A stretch of 63,019 nucleotides of DNA, filler included, from Octopus bimaculoides (taxonomy: Eukaryota): NCBI RefSeq assembly GCF_001194135.2. It is 4 parts of 4 records of this genome, joined end to end, with 100 filler letters (N's around TTAATTAATTAA, not from the genome) between each part and the next. Parts side by side here need not be neighbours in the genome. Positions count along the whole stretch, not along the records: positions 61,916 to 63,019 come from NC_068987.1; 3 more parts are not named here. The stretch is one strand, 5' to 3'. The notes beneath the pieces are model-generated. The model ran no database searches. It was not told the origin of the DNA and worked only from the letters and a program-made list of their open reading frames with translations. Made by a program: the position numbers and the translations under genes. Positions 61,916 to 63,019 of this stretch are shown here, one piece after another (position 1 is the stretch's first letter; each line of letters starts with the position of its first letter).

Positions 61916-63019
61916 CAACTGAAGAGGTCACCCAGACACTGCAAAGACTAAGCAACTGGAAGGCACCTGGACACGACAAGATCCCCAATTTCTGGTTTAA
62001 ACACCTGCCAGGAATGCATAAAAAGCTGACAGAAAACTTTAACAACATACTAGTAGAGCCAGAGACAATGCCTGAATGGCTCACGAAAGGGAAAACCATC
62101 TTAATCCCCAAATCCACGGAAACGGAGAAACCACAAAACTATAGACCTATAACCTGTCACTCTACGATCTACAAAGCCTTTACTGCAATAATATCGCAGA
62201 GATTGAGTAAGCACGTGGAAAATAACAACCTGTTTCCAGAAGAGCAGAAGGGATTCTGCAAGGGCTCATACGGCTGTAAAAATCAATTATTGATCAATAA
62301 CACCATAACTGAAGACAGCCGCAGAAATAAGAAAGGCCTCAGTATGGCCTGGGTGGACTACCAAAAGGCTTTCGGCAGTGTTCCCCACACGTGGATTCTG
62401 GAAACACTAGCCGTAAACAAGGTGGCACCAATTATTATAAAATACATAGGGCACTCATTGAACAAATGGCAGACAGTGCTACAGCTCCAAACAAAAGAGG
62501 GACTTGTGAAAACGAAAGCCATCCCCATTAGAAGAGGAATATTCCAGGGATACACGATCTCTCCACTCCTGTTCTGCCTGTCTCTCACACCTTTAACTGA
62601 ATTGCTAAATAGAACTGGATGCGGTTACAAATGCTATAGAAAAAACAGTCAACCACCTTCTATATGTGGATGACCTAAAATTATATGCTAAAAACGACAA
62701 AGAGCTAGAAACACTACTACAGACAGTACACGGCTTTACCAAGGAAATAGATATGAAATTCGGATTAGAAAAATGTGCCAAAGCAACCCTGAAAAGAGGA
62801 AAATTAGTTAAAAGTAGCAATATAACACTAGATAAAGCCAATGAAATAAGAGAACTAGACGAAAGCCAACCATACAAGTATTTAGGAGTCAATGAACTAG
62901 ATAGGATACAACATACACAAATGAAAGAAAAAATAAAGAAAGAGTACTATAGACGAGTTAGATCAATACTAAAAACAAAGCTCAATGCTAAAAACAAGAT
63001 AATGGATATCAACACTTTA
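61916..63019 (+). mobile_element. R4/Dong-clade non-LTR retrotransposon reverse transcriptase region, with one frameshift near 62640-62645; truncated by the linker and the window end
   Basis: NWKAPGHDKIPNFWFK, NYRPITC, EEQKGF..GSYGCKNQLLI, MAWVDYQKAFGSVPH, RRGIFQGYTISPLLF. In another frame NHLLYVDDLKLYA (YVDD at 62663-62674), FGLEKCA and YKYLG. Substitutions at conserved D positions suggest inactivity. Confidence 0.9.

Noticed and set aside
1-63019. CRISPR arrays, rRNA genes, operons
   Set aside because: None seen. The regularly spaced repeats are SINEs and micro/minisatellites in eukaryotic DNA.

Overview
AT-rich, repeat-dense eukaryotic DNA with many N gaps. The SINE and microsatellite content is what I recognise from octopus genomes (inference). 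Three identical artificial linkers (N44-TTAATTAATTAA-N44 at 28922-29021, 55008-55107 and 61816-61915) split the window into four scaffolded blocks. There is no complete gene or intact autonomous element, and almost all long ORFs in the track are artefacts of N runs or microsatellites. Supported content: (i) roughly 50 SINE copies or fragments from at least four tRNA-headed families, here called A, B, C and E; (ii) decayed LINEs of the CR1/L2 group, the RTE clade and the R4/Dong clade; (iii) hAT- and piggyBac-type MITEs with target-site duplications (TSDs); (iv) a 303-bp near-perfect palindrome; (v) a minimal hammerhead-ribozyme motif; (vi) several candidate minus-strand exons of an unidentified host gene in the central block, which is strongly CpG-depleted. 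The most interesting signals are a SINE-A/LINE shared 3' tail with a compensatory stem-loop change, the hammerhead motif, the long palindrome, a regional CpG-decay (methylation) footprint, the A(A/T)TAT target preference and concatemer/fold-back forms of SINE-B, and R4/Dong copies sitting in (AAT)n tracts. Coordinates of degenerate repeats are approximate, and family names are from memory, not from database searches.
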